From contig NC_042998.1 of NCBI RefSeq assembly GCF_006345805.1, positions 201,128,001-201,192,000 of the forward strand: DNA of 64,000 nucleotides, in the 5' to 3' direction. A program made the translations under genes and the position numbers. Shown one piece after another: positions 11,911-26,027 of this stretch; within the stretch, counting starts at the first letter, position 1, and each line of letters begins with the position of its first letter. This stretch comes from Octopus sinensis. Its lineage: Eukaryota. The notes below the pieces were generated by a model. That model made no database searches, was not told the DNA's origin, and worked only from the letters and a program-made list of their open reading frames with translations.

Positions 11911-12783
11911 TCCAATAACAACCTAACAACAGGTCACAACCAGTACGAGACAATTTCTGGGCCTATTAAATCTACGATTGAGAGCAAAAGTAGATAAACT
12001 CAGTTTTAAAACAATAAAACTTCCACTTAACAAGTCATTTTCATTACATTTCCAACCCTAGTCTCTTTCTCTCTCTATGTGTGTGTGTTTGTGTGCGTGC
12101 ATATACGTATCTATGTGTATTAAATATATTGGCCAAACAGCAATATCACTCCGTCGAAGACCCACTCTCCACAAAGAGTAAATCCGCCAACCACAATACA
12201 AACAGATACAGGTCAGTGAACACATATATAGGTGTGCTACGAACCTTAATCCTAATTTCAAAATTTTCCCCTTCTATCAATTTTCACAAAACACCTCAGT
12301 ACAGCAAAGCAGGAATAAAGAAGCAACGTTCATCAATAAATATCAGCCACAACTTAACGTGAACACAATATAATACAGAACACTACTAACCTTACCAAAA
12401 ATGCCAATAAAATCCTTTCATTCCTTATACCATTCATGTTAGAGTATTATATCGACCCTAATTGTACCACGTCCAGAACTTACCTCCCTTATACAATACC
12501 TTTACTCAGAGACTAGTAGATCCGACACCGTTTGATAATCGGTGCTCATTCAAAGCCAGTGAACAGCAATGAAGACACCGGTTTGACTTTGGGTCTCTGT
12601 AATAATTCAAAATAATGAATTTAATTCCTCTCAGTTCTACCAAAGTTCATCTAATTTTATTTATTTAGCACTACTTTTTATTGAAAAGCATTTATGTTTT
12701 TATGCTAAATGAACAGTTTCGCTTTGTTTTTTCTTACTTTCCCTTATCTTCTCCACGTGTAGTTTTTATTTTCTTTCTGAAGA

Positions 12784-14330
12784 GACCTAAAATTACGACC
12801 TATCGTAGCTGGCCCATTCTGTGAGTCACACAGATTAAGTTACTTCATGGACATTCTCCTGGAGCCATATCTAAAACTTATCAGAAGCTACATCAGAGAT
12901 GATTTAGACATACGGAAGCATCTCCAGAACAGGTCGGGGATGAATCCCTCATGGTCTCCTTCGATGTTATAAACCTATACTCCAACATTCCACATGGTTA
13001 TAGAACGGAAATGATTCGATTTTGGTTAGAACTACATCCAGAGGAAATACCAGAACGAATAAAGAAAACATTTATCATTGAATCAATTAAATTCATTCTG
13101 CAGAATAATAATTTCGTTTTTGACACCGACTGCTACCGCCAACAATCGGGAATTGCGATAGGCACAAAGCAGCACTTACTATTGCCAACCTTACAGTGAG
13201 ATTCGAAGAGAAAAAATATATCAGAATTCACTGCGAAAATCTGGAGACCCTCCCGCCCAATACAATAAAGGGAATTGGAAGAGATACCTGCATGATTGTT
13301 TCATACTATGGAATACCAACTTAAACAAACTCCTAGAATTTAAAACACTTCCTAACAGCATCCGCACAAGCATTTAATTCCCAATGGAATACAACCAGGG
13401 GGCACTTCTATTCCTAGGCATTCTAATTAAAAAACAAATAAGATCGAAACAGATATATTTTATAAAACAACAGAGGCAAAACAATAAATTTTCTTTAGCG
13501 CTTGCCATCCTAGACACACAAAAACAAATACCCCCTTCAACCTTGCAAGAGGAATCTGCACTACTGTCGCAAAGAAAAGAAACTAGAGATTTAAGACAAC
13601 AGGAAATGCAAAACACCCTCCTGGATGGACACTACACAATCCAACTCATTAATGAAGGATTAAAACGTGCCAAATCTATCAGCACCGAGACATTAAGAAA
13701 AACAATACTATACTTAAGACACTACCCTACATTTCCACATACAACCCCAGAAACAAAGAAGCATACATTACAATCATACAAAACCTACAAATCATACACC
13801 AGGACCCAAAAGGAAAAGGAATTTTACGTGGCATTAAAATTGTCAAAAGCAACACACAGCCTAAGTCATTAAAGAAACTCCTAAATAATGCAAAAATATT
13901 CCCCTCCACAACAAGCCCCAAAGAAAATCGCCTTGACTGTGGTAAAGGCCGCAACCTTTTGGAAGGGTCAGAATACTATTTTAAACAAGGGCAACACTTT
14001 AAAATTAAGTCAAATTTCACTTGTGCGTCCGAAAATCTGATCTACGTAATCAGATGCTCTGGCTGCCAGAAAAACTATATCGGTAGCACGGGGAATCCTA
14101 TATGTCAACGTTGTACGGTGCATCGTCAACAGATAGCTTCACCACAATAGCGCCAATTTTATCTCAGTGAACATATCGACGTGTGTACGAAACAAATACA
14201 ACCTAAATTCAACATTTTCCCTCTATATTAATTTGCTGAATGGACATCTACACAAGCCCGACTCTATAAAGTGACATATTTCATCCCAAAATACGAACCT
14301 GAACTTAACACCAATTCATTTTAATTGTAT
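12784..14330 (+). mobile_element. Penelope-like element, RT plus GIY-YIG, frameshifted
   Basis: LRPIVAG..SHRLSYFMDILL, VSFDVINLYSNIPH, QNNNFVFD..YRQQSGIAIGT, WKRYLHDCF and FTCASENLIYVIRCSGCQKNYIGSTG..QRCTVH, ending KYEPELNT. Confidence 0.9.
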
Positions 14331-14560
14331 TACAAATTGTCACTTAATTCTTTGACTCCTAGACACCCATTCATAATCAAACTTGAGTCATGAGAGGTCC
14401 GACATGACTCTTATGAAGAAAGTATTCATATCTTGGCAATTGCTTTGTTGTACATTTTCTATTGGACTGATTTATTTTATTCAATTATGGAATTTCAATG
14501 CGTACACGTTATATCTGTATGCCAAACACAATTTATAGGTATAAATTACAGTTCGTACTT

Positions 14561-14620
<60 letters not shown>

Positions 14621-14934
14621 GGCATTATTACACATAAATGCCTCACGCTAGGAGGGACATCAGTCATTTCTACCAAAAATTTTACTAATCATACCCAATG
14701 CAATTTTTCAAAGCAAGACATATAAAAAATGAATTTAGTCTTATATCACCTGTGATTTCGCACTTACCGCAGAAGAATTTGCGACCATGCTATTCAGTAA
14801 GACTGATTCTGAACATATCATAAATAAACGACAAGTACCGTCAAAGTCGAACAGCCATCTGCTCTATACCAACGAAGCACATGGAGAAGTTTACAAATCA
14901 TATATCCGGTAAATGGCGGGCTTCTTCGAATTGC

Positions 14935-15019
<85 letters not shown>

Positions 15020-15466
15020 TACAAAAGAGAAAATGGAATGTTAGAGCATAAAATACGTGCATAAACACTCATTCACACATCACTGCTTAATGTTTAAAAC
15101 CTAGTAGGGTAATATAATTAACTGTGTATAAAATGAAATGACCCCTGTAACTGTGGGCTTGCCAAAAACACTGAAGTGCTTCATGAAAAATTAGAGTTGC
15201 TCCCTTTGAAGTATTGCTTCATCTCTGTTCACTTTTATTCAAATATGGCATCCTATTGACAGCAAAATGTTTTCTCTATATATTTGGAAAATCACTTGTT
15301 CGTGAAACCGATACTTATTTAATTTGTAATGATGTAATGATGTAATATGATCCTAATATCAACATAGACTTTAACATACGAATTTTCTGTGACTTTACAT
15401 TTCATTCTTATATACCTATCTCACGTGTATACAGAAGTTTGCATTCTTCAATTCATATATATATAT

Positions 15467-15497
<31 letters not shown>

Positions 15498-15506
15498 TAT
15501 ATATAT

Positions 15507-15537
<31 letters not shown>

Positions 15538-15568
15538 GTATGTATATGTATATCTATGTATATATATC

Positions 15569-15644
<76 letters not shown>

Positions 15645-15647
<3 letters not shown>

Positions 15648-16072
15648 AGTTCGACGTAGTAAAATGGAGTCAAATTTTATACTTCCGACATATGTCTCTA
15701 AGAAAACATTGGATGATATTGCAGAGATAATAAAATAAATATATTCCCAGGCTTTTAATATTTGTTCTTATTTACCCCTCGCACTATATTTCTAGTTTTC
15801 TTCTCATTTCTGTCTTCTTTCTTTTTCTCTCTCTAAAAATTGCATTTGACGTCATATTAACAGTTTTTTTTTTCTGAAAGAATCTACTTTCATCATATAT
15901 GCAGTAATCCCATTCGGTTAAAATGTATTATTGATGCATTATGCTTCACCTTTTGTTCTTGGTGAAAAGATTGCACTGTTTTACTTCAATTTATTCCTTC
16001 TGGAATAATACTAATGCTTTCTTCGAAATATATGTGAGAAGTATAAAATTTGAATAATACCTGTGTTTTACT

Positions 16073-16075
<3 letters not shown>
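15645..16075. mobile_element. Foldback/MITE-like element in (TA)n with degenerate TIRs of about 90 bp (duplicate at 17738-18167)
   Basis: (TA)n-TGGAGT...ACTCCA-(TA)n. The arms share tcaaattttatacttc exactly (15670 region versus gaagtataaaatttga near 16040) plus further patchy identity. Confidence 0.6.
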
Positions 16076-16105
<30 letters not shown>

Positions 16106-16265
16106 TATGTGTGTGGTGTGTGTGTGTGTGTTATCCGAAAACATTTCACTAAAACCCAGCGTTTCTTACTTTCCAGGATCCTTGGTCGTATGTGAATTTT
16201 TGCTACCCTGGTAAAAATCTCTTTATTTTTCCGTGTTATTTTAAACATTGAAAAAGCACACATAC

Positions 16266-16301
<36 letters not shown>

Positions 16302-16302
16302 C

Positions 16303-16388
<86 letters not shown>

Positions 16389-16390
<2 letters not shown>

Positions 16391-16608
16391 TCGCCGTGAT
16401 CACCGTGACTGACCAGGCTAACAGAAGAAAGAGAAAACATTGTGGCGAAAGAGTATAGCAGGGATTGCCACCACCCCCTGCCAGAGCGTCGTGGAGCTTT
16501 AGGTATTTTTCGCTCAATAAATACTGAGAACGCCCGGTCTGGGAATCGAAACCGCAATTCTACAACTGCGAGACCACTGCCCTAACCACCGGGCCATTGC
16601 GCGTCCAC
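16389..16608 (-). mobile_element. tRNA-Arg-like SINE, tail type 2 with internal deletion (duplicate at 18489-18709)
   Basis: The head is gtggacgcgcaatggcccggtggttagggcagtggtctcgcag..gtttcgattccc. It ends in cctggtcagtcacggtgatcacgg, like the 50745 copy, but lacks about 90 bp. Confidence 0.9.
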
Positions 16609-16680
16609 ACACATATATATATATGTACGTATGTATGTATGTATATGTATACATATATATATATAATATATATATATATA

Positions 16681-16718
<38 letters not shown>

Positions 16719-17036
16719 GGCATTATTACACATAAATGCCTCACGCTAGGAGGGACATCAGTCATTTCTACCAAAAATTTTACTAATCATACCCAATGCA
16801 ATTTTTCAAAGCAAGACATATAAAAAATGAATTTAGTCTTATATCACCTGTGATTTCGCACTTACCGCAGAAGAATTTGCGACCATGCTCATCAGTAAGA
16901 CTGATTCTGAACATATCATAAATAAACGACCAGTACCGTCAAAGTCGAACAGCCATCTGCTCTATACCAACGAAGCACATGGAGAAGTTACAAATCATAT
17001 ATCGGTAAATGGCGGGCTTCTTCGAATTGCATATAT

Positions 17037-17115
<79 letters not shown>

Positions 17116-17563
17116 TACAAAAGAGAAAATGGAATGTTAGAGCATAAAATACGTGCATAAACACTCATTCACACATCACTGCTTAATGTTTAAAACCTAG
17201 TAGGGTAATATAATTAACTGTGTATAAAATGAAATGACCCCTGTAACTGTGGGCTTGCCAAAAACACTGAAGTGCTTCATGAAAAATTAGAGTTGCTCCC
17301 TTTGAAGTATTGCTTCATCTCTGTTCACTTTTATTCAAATATGGCATCCTATTGACAGCAAAATGTTTTCTCTATATATTTGGAAAATCACTTGTTCGTG
17401 AAACCGATACTTATTTAATTTGTAATGATGTAATGAATGTAATATGATCCTAATATCAACATAGACTTTAACATACGAATTTTCTGTGACTTTACATTTC
17501 ATTCTTATATACCTATCTCACGTGTATACAGAAGTTTGCATTCTTCAATTCATATATATATAT

Positions 17564-17594
<31 letters not shown>

Positions 17595-17603
17595 TATATA
17601 TAT

Positions 17604-17634
<31 letters not shown>

Positions 17635-17665
17635 GTATGTATATGTATATCTATGTATATATATC

Positions 17666-17711
<46 letters not shown>

Positions 17712-18164
17712 TATATATATATATATATATATATATATGGAGTTCGACGTAGTAAAATGGAGTCAAATTTTATACTTCCGACATATGTCTCTAAGAAAAC
17801 ATTGGATGATATTGCAGAGATAATAAAATAAATATATTCCCAGGCTTTTAATATTTGTTCTTATTTACCCCTCGCACTATATTTCTAGTTTTCTTCTCAT
17901 TCTGTCTTCTTTCTTTTTCTCTCTCTAAAAATTGCATTTGACGTCATATTAACAGTTTTTTTTTTCTGAAAGAATCTACTTTCATCATATATGCAGTAAT
18001 CCCATTCGGTTAAAATGTATTATTGATGCATTATGCTTCACCTTTTGTTCTTGGTGAAAAGATTGCACTGTTTTACTTCAATTTATTCCTTCTGGAATAA
18101 TACTAATGCTTTCTTCGAAATATATGTGAGAAGTATAAAATTTGAATAATACCTGTGTTTTACT

Positions 18165-18197
<33 letters not shown>

Positions 18198-18359
18198 TAT
18201 GTGTGTGGTGTGTGTGTGTGTGTGTTATCCGAAAACATTTCACTAAAACCCAGCGTTTCTTACTTTCCAGGATCCTTGGTCGTATGTGAATTTTTGCTAC
18301 CCTGGTAAAAATCTCTTTATTTTTCCGTGTTATTTTAAACATTGAAAAAGCACACATAC

Positions 18360-18395
<36 letters not shown>

Positions 18396-18396
18396 C

Positions 18397-18445
<49 letters not shown>

Positions 18446-18765
18446 ATATATATTATATATATATATTATATATATATATATATACATATATCGCCGTGAT
18501 CACCGTGACTGACCAGGCTAACAGAAGAAAGAGAAAACATTGTGGCGAAAGAGTTATAGCAGGGATTGCCACCACCCCCTGCCAGAGCGTCGTGGAGCTT
18601 TAGGTATTTTTCGCTCAATAAATACTGAGAACGCCCGGTCTGGGAATCGAAACCGCAATTCTACAACTGCGAGACCACTGCCCTAACCACCGGGCCATTG
18701 CGCGTCCACACACATATATATATATGTACGTATGTATGTATGTATATGTATACATATATATATAT

Positions 18766-18829
<64 letters not shown>

Positions 18830-18879
18830 GAGAGAGAAGGACACATACACGCACACACAAACGCACACGCACATATTTA

Positions 18880-19445
18880 GTATCTATAAATATACATGCT
18901 AATCTGTGAATTTCATCAATATTATCAAAGGCGGCTTCAACCACGGCCTCCAGACGATTTGGGAATTTCTTGCAACTGTTCTGGACGCATAAATGTGGTC
19001 GCAGAAATTGTCCGACAGCTATGACTGGGTTCTCGTGCTTGTGCGTCATGTTGCAGAGTCCTGTTGCCAGACATAGTGTCTTCTATTTGACACCCTCTTC
19101 ACCCAGGGCAGCATTGTTTGTCCAGGCACTTGATGTAGGCCTGCTTGTTGAATCTGAGACCGTGTAGGAAGATGAAAGAAGGCATAGCATCGCCATCACT
19201 AGAGATTACTCCAAACACCATTATTTTGACTGGATGTTTTTTTTTATCGTTCTCGGCACATGTCCTCAGATTGCACTGACCTCCGATTGGCACCAAATCA
19301 CTCTGTAATGTTCGTATTGGGGCTTCTTGGCGTGAATACCAAGTAGTATAGAATAACATTTCCAAATTTCTTGGTATCATTTGTGACATGGTGCTGCTTT
19401 TTCGACAGAAGGTGCCCAACGGTTCCTACTACACTGTGTAGTCTA
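18880..19445 (-). mobile_element. Tc1/mariner transposase fragment, maT (DD37D)-like
   Basis: The minus strand reads KHPVKIMVFGVISSDGDAMPSFIFLHGLRFNKQAYIKCL..., RRHYVWQQDSA..TSTRTQS.LSDNF. Confidence 0.75.
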
Positions 19446-19548
19446 CAAAAATTTAAAAATGAAAGGCGCAAGCGCGAAATAAGAAGTATATGATAGCAGC
19501 GATTTACTCATCGCACTCTGTATATACATACACACACACACACATATA

Positions 19549-19643
<95 letters not shown>

Positions 19644-19791
19644 TATATATATTATATATATATATATACATGTATACACATATGCATGTGCATCATGTAT
19701 GTACATATATATATATATATATGTATATACATTTATATATTCACACACAGAGACACTCATTCACACACATACATATACATATATATTTATA

Positions 19792-19988
19792 TAGAGTGTG
19801 GGAAGGAAAAATCTATTTAAGAAACACATAATAGGGGAAACGTGGTTTGGGAAGTATTCCTGATGTTATATATATATATAATATATATATATACTTAATT
19901 ATAGGTGCATACGCACACACACGCACACACACACACGCACACACACACACACACCACACACACACACACAACACACACACACACATAT

Positions 19989-20038
<50 letters not shown>

Positions 20039-20110
20039 TACATCAGCAATACTTTCCCTACCACGTTTCACCTATTATATGTTTCCTATATAGATTTTCT
20101 CCACAATCTA
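19792..20110. repeat. Inverted repeat of about 75 bp (19792-19866 / 20040-20110) enclosing a (TA)n(CA)n tract
   Basis: Left aaaaatctatttaagaaacacataataggggaaacgtggtttgggaagtattcctgatgt versus right acatcagcaatactttccctaccacgtttcacctattatatgtttcctatatagattttc. Confidence 0.8.
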
Positions 20111-22409
20111 CCACATACTTTAGCCATCAGGAGACATGCTTTTAACAGTCCCCCGTACATCCCAATTAACACCATACAACCCAATTAATCAATATCATTA
20201 GTCTTACAGATTTGTGCACATTTTTGCACATGCACCTCAGTGTTACACATACCACTACACCTTCTAGTTTCCTTCAAGATGTACACTTAGATATATGCAA
20301 CTACACAACCATTCGTTCGGCACTTCTTAATGTCTCCTATAGAACAGAATTCCGCTGCTAGTTTCAAACACTTCAGTTTCTCCTTTTGTCTTCCCTCACT
20401 TTTTATTTTCCTTTTAAAATTTGACTACTCTTCTTTGTCACTAAACATATGTTTGCCTCTCAATTACCTTCTGATGGATAGCCAGCAAGTCGTACGTCTT
20501 GGGACTGTTTGTCTCCTCTGATGGTTTTTAAAATATCATTTCTTAAAACATTTCATTCCTATGATGTCACTTTTTATTTTTATAGGGTCAACGCCTCGAT
20601 ATATGTGTGTGTATGAGGGAGAGAGAGTAAGAGAGAGAGAGTGAGAGAAAGAGAGCGAGTGAGCGTATCTAAATTTGGCGTAGAATAATTGAACGTTTAA
20701 AATCGTTTTAGTTCAGGATGCCGCACTACTATTATGAAATGGTTCTCTATAGTCCTGCTGCGAATTTTATAATTAGTGTTCATAAATTTTATATTTACAG
20801 CAATTCCCCTTTCCGTATTTGTAAGCTGTTATTAGGTGCATTTTATTAATAGTAAAATAATAAAAATAAACCCGTATAATTATGCGGAAATATATATATC
20901 GGCGCAAAATCCAAAACACCCAATGGGATAGTAATTCTGATCTTTGACTTGGATAAGATGGTAAATTCTTTTGGTGAATTCAGCTCAGGTGCGAGTTCTT
21001 AGGAATTCCAATGCGTCGATGGAAGTGCTTTTCAATGGAATTGACCTTGTCATCTTATGAAAACATTATCTCCTTTTAAGTTTTATTATTTGCTGGGTTG
21101 GTTCAATATTTCCTCTAGCTATTGACTATATTTCGTTGCTGGTAAAATGTCTCTGGTGCTGGCAGTGTTTATGGTTATATTAGCGATTATCTTCTGTTTA
21201 CTCATTTCTTTCATGTGTCTGGAGGAATTATAATATTGCCTGTTAGAAAGACAAAGTCTCCTATTCATTTGAGGAAATCTAATTATAGCTTTCAGTAAGA
21301 AGTTAGTTCTGTGCATCGGAGGTGATGGTATGAAGTCGTGACTATTATTTTGAAGAGAATATCTTCACAATACTGGCTGTCCTTCACTCGTCAACATGAT
21401 TTCTCAAATGGTTTAAGAATGTGCATTAAGCGAACGAAAGGCAATTTATGTTAATTATGTTTATTTAATTTTGTTGAAATACGTCATTGTGTTTCAGCTT
21501 AACATTGTAGCAACAAGACTGATATGACGCACCTGCACACACGTACACCCCTACACAGAGGTTGTACATATGCAAGGACATATAGACACGCGTAGCTATC
21601 TACACGAACAGTGTGCTAGCACAAGTTGTTCGTGTGTATTTGTGGCGATATTTTACTACTTTCTGTTTTCTGTCAAAGGTTTACTACCATGATACAGCGG
21701 TAAGAGACCAATAAGATGGCAAATATTTTAATAGGATTAAATGCAAACGTTCTGTATATGTTCAGTATAATATCATTGTCCGAGTGCTGTTTAGAAGAAA
21801 CATAGTTATGGATTATATAGCATTTTGTAAGCTTACAGACTTAATACAAAATGTAATAATATTACTAATATAATTTTACACTTGAATCTATTTATACTTA
21901 TCACTTGACTAAAAGTTTCTCTTCTCGCAAGGGGGTTTTGATTGTAATGATTAATTAGCTATAAACACACGTAATGTAAATCACACTGGTAATAAATAGT
22001 AAAACGCCCGTGAAAAGTTTTAATACGTATATTCACATATATAGAACTACACTGACGCATACAGAGTATGGTATTATATCATCGTATTTTGAGAATATAC
22101 AGATACAAGAAACGTTTACGCTGGTATATGATGATACAAAGTTTTACATCGGCGTATTGCACAATGTAAACTGAGGTGTATGGACAAGTTTCACAAAGTT
22201 ACACCGAAATCGAGCATACTACGATTACGTATGGGGGACTAGCTATTTCAGAGTAGCATCATATTACTACACATAGGATGTTCTATGTGAATTGTCGCTT
22301 ATGAAAATAATTTTTATGTTCTTTAATGAATCACGGTTTCAATTTTTTAGCACAAGACCTGCTATGTCGGTGGAAAGGATTATGTCAATTAAATCTGTTG
22401 CTGTGTTCC

Positions 22410-22550
22410 AATGACACTTATTTTATCGATCTCAATAGGATAAAAGGCAAAGTTAACCTCGGTAGAATTGAATTTATAATGAAAAACCAGACGAAATGTC
22501 ACTAAGTAATTTAGCCCGGCGTGCTAACGGTTGTATTAGCTCGCAGCCTT
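22410..22550 (-). mobile_element. Decayed SINE (gcctttcatcc..gtcgataaa core family)
   Basis: Degenerate homology to the 46108 copy. Confidence 0.65.
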
Positions 22551-22753
22551 ATATTCTGCGATAAATAGTGCTGTTTTACTGTCGCTTGATTCCAAGATGA
22601 AAGAATCTAGTAAAGATGACTTTCTGGGCTTAGGTATATTTCTATATACTTTGCGACTATGAAAGCAGCTAGATGGGTGCGAGCAAAATGGGGTGGTAGA
22701 CGAGAATCAACAAGACAATGATTGTCTTAATCGAATCATTTTTTGAAATACTA

Positions 22754-23960
22754 TTAGGTTGTTCCGAAAATAATGGCCGCTCTAAGTATTGTGTTTTAAT
22801 ACGCGATTTTCTCTTAGTATTTTAATTATATGTTAGGTGAATTTTTCATACTTAATAATCGGTGTATTCATTTTCATAATTTTCTACTTATTTCAGACAG
22901 AAAACATTCTTGAAGCATAGGCGTCCTTAATTATGAGCATGAGATAAAAGGACCATCGCTTACTTTTCTTGTATGAGTTCAAGCTTTGCCACAATGCCTT
23001 CCAAACGCCTGCCGTTATCAAGAGAGCATAGGCAGACGGGTCTAAAAGTGATCGCAGTGTATGAAGGTGGCTTCAGAAATTCCGTAATCGTGATGGGAGC
23101 CTTGAAGATGAAGAATGTAGAGGACGGTCATTGCAGTTTTGTCAATGAACAATTGAAAGCAAATTTTAAACACAACTCACATCAAAGTATCAGAGAAATG
23201 TGTCTGGCACTTGGTGTTGGTATTGCAACGGTCTCACGCAATCTGCAGAAGATTGGTAAGGTGAAAAATCTCGATAAGTGGGTACTACATGAGGTCGATG
23301 AAATTTCGGCATCTTGAAGTGTGCTCAATGCTCTTTCTGCAAAACACCAATGATAATTTTCTTGACGGAATAGTCACCTGTGACGAAAAGTGGATCCTTT
23401 ATGTTAACCGTAAACAATCAGATCAATGGCTTGATTGTGATATGTCTCCCAAAGCCAAAGTTGCATCAGCAAAAGATTATGGTGACTGTCTGATGATCTG
23501 CAATTGGTGTTGTCCGTTACTGCTTTCTGGAACCTAATCAGAGCATGAAATGCATGTTCACTTGCAAAAAGTGGGACCTGCATTGGTGAATCTGCGTGGC
23601 CCACGAGAATGCAAAGCCACAAGTTGCAAGAATGACGCTGCAGAAACTCACAGATTTGGGATACGAGACTTTACCACATCCTCCATATTCTCCTGATCTT
23701 TCACCCATTGACATTTCAACACGTGTTTAAGTTATAAAACTTTCCGGTCCAAACCAGAGGTGGAATCAGCTTGCAAAGATTTCTTAGCATCAAAGCCAAT
23801 AAGTTTTTATCAACGAGGCATAAATAATCTCGTTGATTGATGGCAGAAATTCATAGATGTTCACGGCTCAAACTTTGACTAATCAAAACATTTCTATTGT
23901 TAATGTTTCCAGAATAAATTTATGTTTCTGAAATCGGCCATTATTTTCGGAACCACTTAA
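22754..23960 (+). mobile_element. Full-length decayed mariner (DD34D) element
   Basis: TIRs of about 26 bp: ttaggttgttccgaaaataatggccg (22754) and cggccattattttcggaaccacttaa (ends 23960), with TA on both sides. The transposase remnants include WVLHE, IVTCDEKWILY and HPPYSPDLSP. Confidence 0.93.
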
Positions 23961-25806
23961 TAGTATTTAACGTAGCTGGGGATGTGTGATTTGTCAATAT
24001 TTGTATTACAAAGACTTTGACATTTATAAATTTTCTAAAAAAAATGTAGGTTCAGCAGGAGCACTACGGTGAATAATATTGTTCACGGTGGAAATAAATT
24101 TAATATGGAGGGTAGGGATAGTGCAATTGTGAGTCGGGTGACTATAACAATTACACAGATATTAAGTTTAGGGTTAGTCCAATACTGAAACATATTCGAG
24201 GCAGTTAGCACTTATATGAAGAGTAATGGGTTTTGCATGGTGAATAGCAAGAATTATAGTAGCCGTGGCATCAGTAAGGAAGGCAGAGAGCTTTCGTCTT
24301 CAATAGAAGGAACACCACTGCAAACAAGGAAGCTAGCACCAAACAAAAAAGGCTGAAACCGAGCTTAAAATTTCTGCTGGCAATATCAAATAAATTCACC
24401 CAAATGATACGTTATGGTTTCAATTAATAAAACTCCGCTAACCAGCGATAATTACGACAAGGCTGTGTATATTTTTATTTAACACGTTCGTGTTCACTGA
24501 GGTGTAGAAATACCTTCTCTGCGGTAATTGTTTCGGGAAAGAAACATACCTTATTGACAATGTATGTGAGACCGCACCGACACGTATTTCTCTGAGGTAA
24601 CGCTCTATCGGCTAGTCATGCCGAATCTCTCGTTCCTAGCGTACTGATAAATTCCCTTCTTATATATAAATATGAAATAATATATTTGCTGGCGTGTGCA
24701 AACCTTAGTGACGCTGTCATTTTTCAGTAGAATGATATATCAAGTAATGTAATCTAGAGTACATGATGTCTGGCCAAAAATCAAAAATGATCTGGATAAT
24801 CATGACTGGAATGCCTTCGATTATGTGGAGGGTCTTTTTCAACGACAGTAATAACAATAACAAACAATTAGAATATGATAAATGTAGCTGATAATAAAAA
24901 TAAAAAAGGTACCATAATAACAATAAATTTGATAAGAAACTGAAAAACGGAATCGTAAACATCAGCTAAAATAATATTTCACTGTAATAACAAGAGTAAA
25001 AATACATACAAAAATTGCTTTTTGACATGTCCACCAGCTCATGAACTCAAAATTGTTCTGTGAATTCGTGGAAGAGAGTTATCAAAAATAGCGACTGCCA
25101 TAGTGCAGCTAGTTATCATAGATCTTTTAGACAAGATAAATTATCTACCGAAAATGTCGCTTTCGCAATATGAGATAAAGGGATAATATACTTGGTAAGT
25201 ATAAGAAGAATGTTGTTTGTGTATGGTGAGTTATGTTTCCAACTAAAAAATAAAAATAAAATTAAAACTTTTCTTTAGAAGTGTGGAGTAGGTGAGGAAT
25301 CTGTACTTATGTGTCCGAAGAATTGAGATCGATTTATTCTTACATGAGTCATAGTATGTTTGACAGTGTGACACATATCTTTGCGTAGCACGCTATCTAT
25401 CAATCAGGCGCAACAGAAAAATTAGCTACAGGTAATAGATGCCGTGTATTCAATATTTGAGTAATGGTTAGATTTGAAATTATTGTCTCAGGTTTTCCGG
25501 AATCGAGGAACCCTGGGAAAAAAATCATTCAAACCATTCTATTAGCATCTCATTCTTACACGATTTCAAGCTGATTCTCCCGGGATATATTTCCGCGATG
25601 TTCAGGTCTTCAACTAACACTACTGAAAACAAGACGAATTATTCAACCATTCACGGTGCATTTTCTAGACATAATTTTCTTTACTACTACTTCCACTATT
25701 AGTAACTGATAATATTGTTGTACACAGCACTCACCTGCCACCTATCACTCACTCTCTCCTAATTCTCTCTCATTTCCTTTGTCTTCCTTTCTCTTTCATT
25801 TTATAT

Positions 25807-26027
25807 ATTTCTTTATTGCCCACAAGGGGCTAAACATAGAGGGGACAAACAAAGACAGACAAAGGGATTAAGTCGATTATATTGAACTCAGTGCGTAACT
25901 GGTACTTAATTTATCGACCCCGAAAGGATGAAAGGCAAAGTCGTCCTCGGCGGAATTTGAACTCAGAACGTATCAGCAAACGAAACATTTCGCCCGGCGT
26001 GCTAACGCTTCTGCCAGCTCGCCACCT
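25807..26027 (-). mobile_element. tRNA-derived SINE (gcctttcatcc..gtcgataaa core; resembles Meta-domain SINEs)
   Basis: Homologous to the 46108 and 59714 copies over head, core and tail. Confidence 0.88.

Larger units (their letters stand above)
14590..18790. repeat. Near-identical tandem duplication, two units of about 2.1 kb (14590-16690 and 16690-18790)
   Basis: ggcattattacacataaatgcc occurs at 14621 and 16719 (offset 2098). All unique segments recur in the same order, and the junctions fall in (TA)n(GA)n tracts. Confidence 0.95.

Noticed and set aside
14385-14410. 8-bp hairpin gagtcatg/catgactc after the Penelope ORF; also degenerate motifs at about 6836, 20470 and 62040
   Set aside because: The core nucleotides are too degraded to call hammerheads.
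25131-25194. Acceptor and gtaagt donor pair
   Set aside because: Stops occur in all three frames and the length is not a multiple of three.
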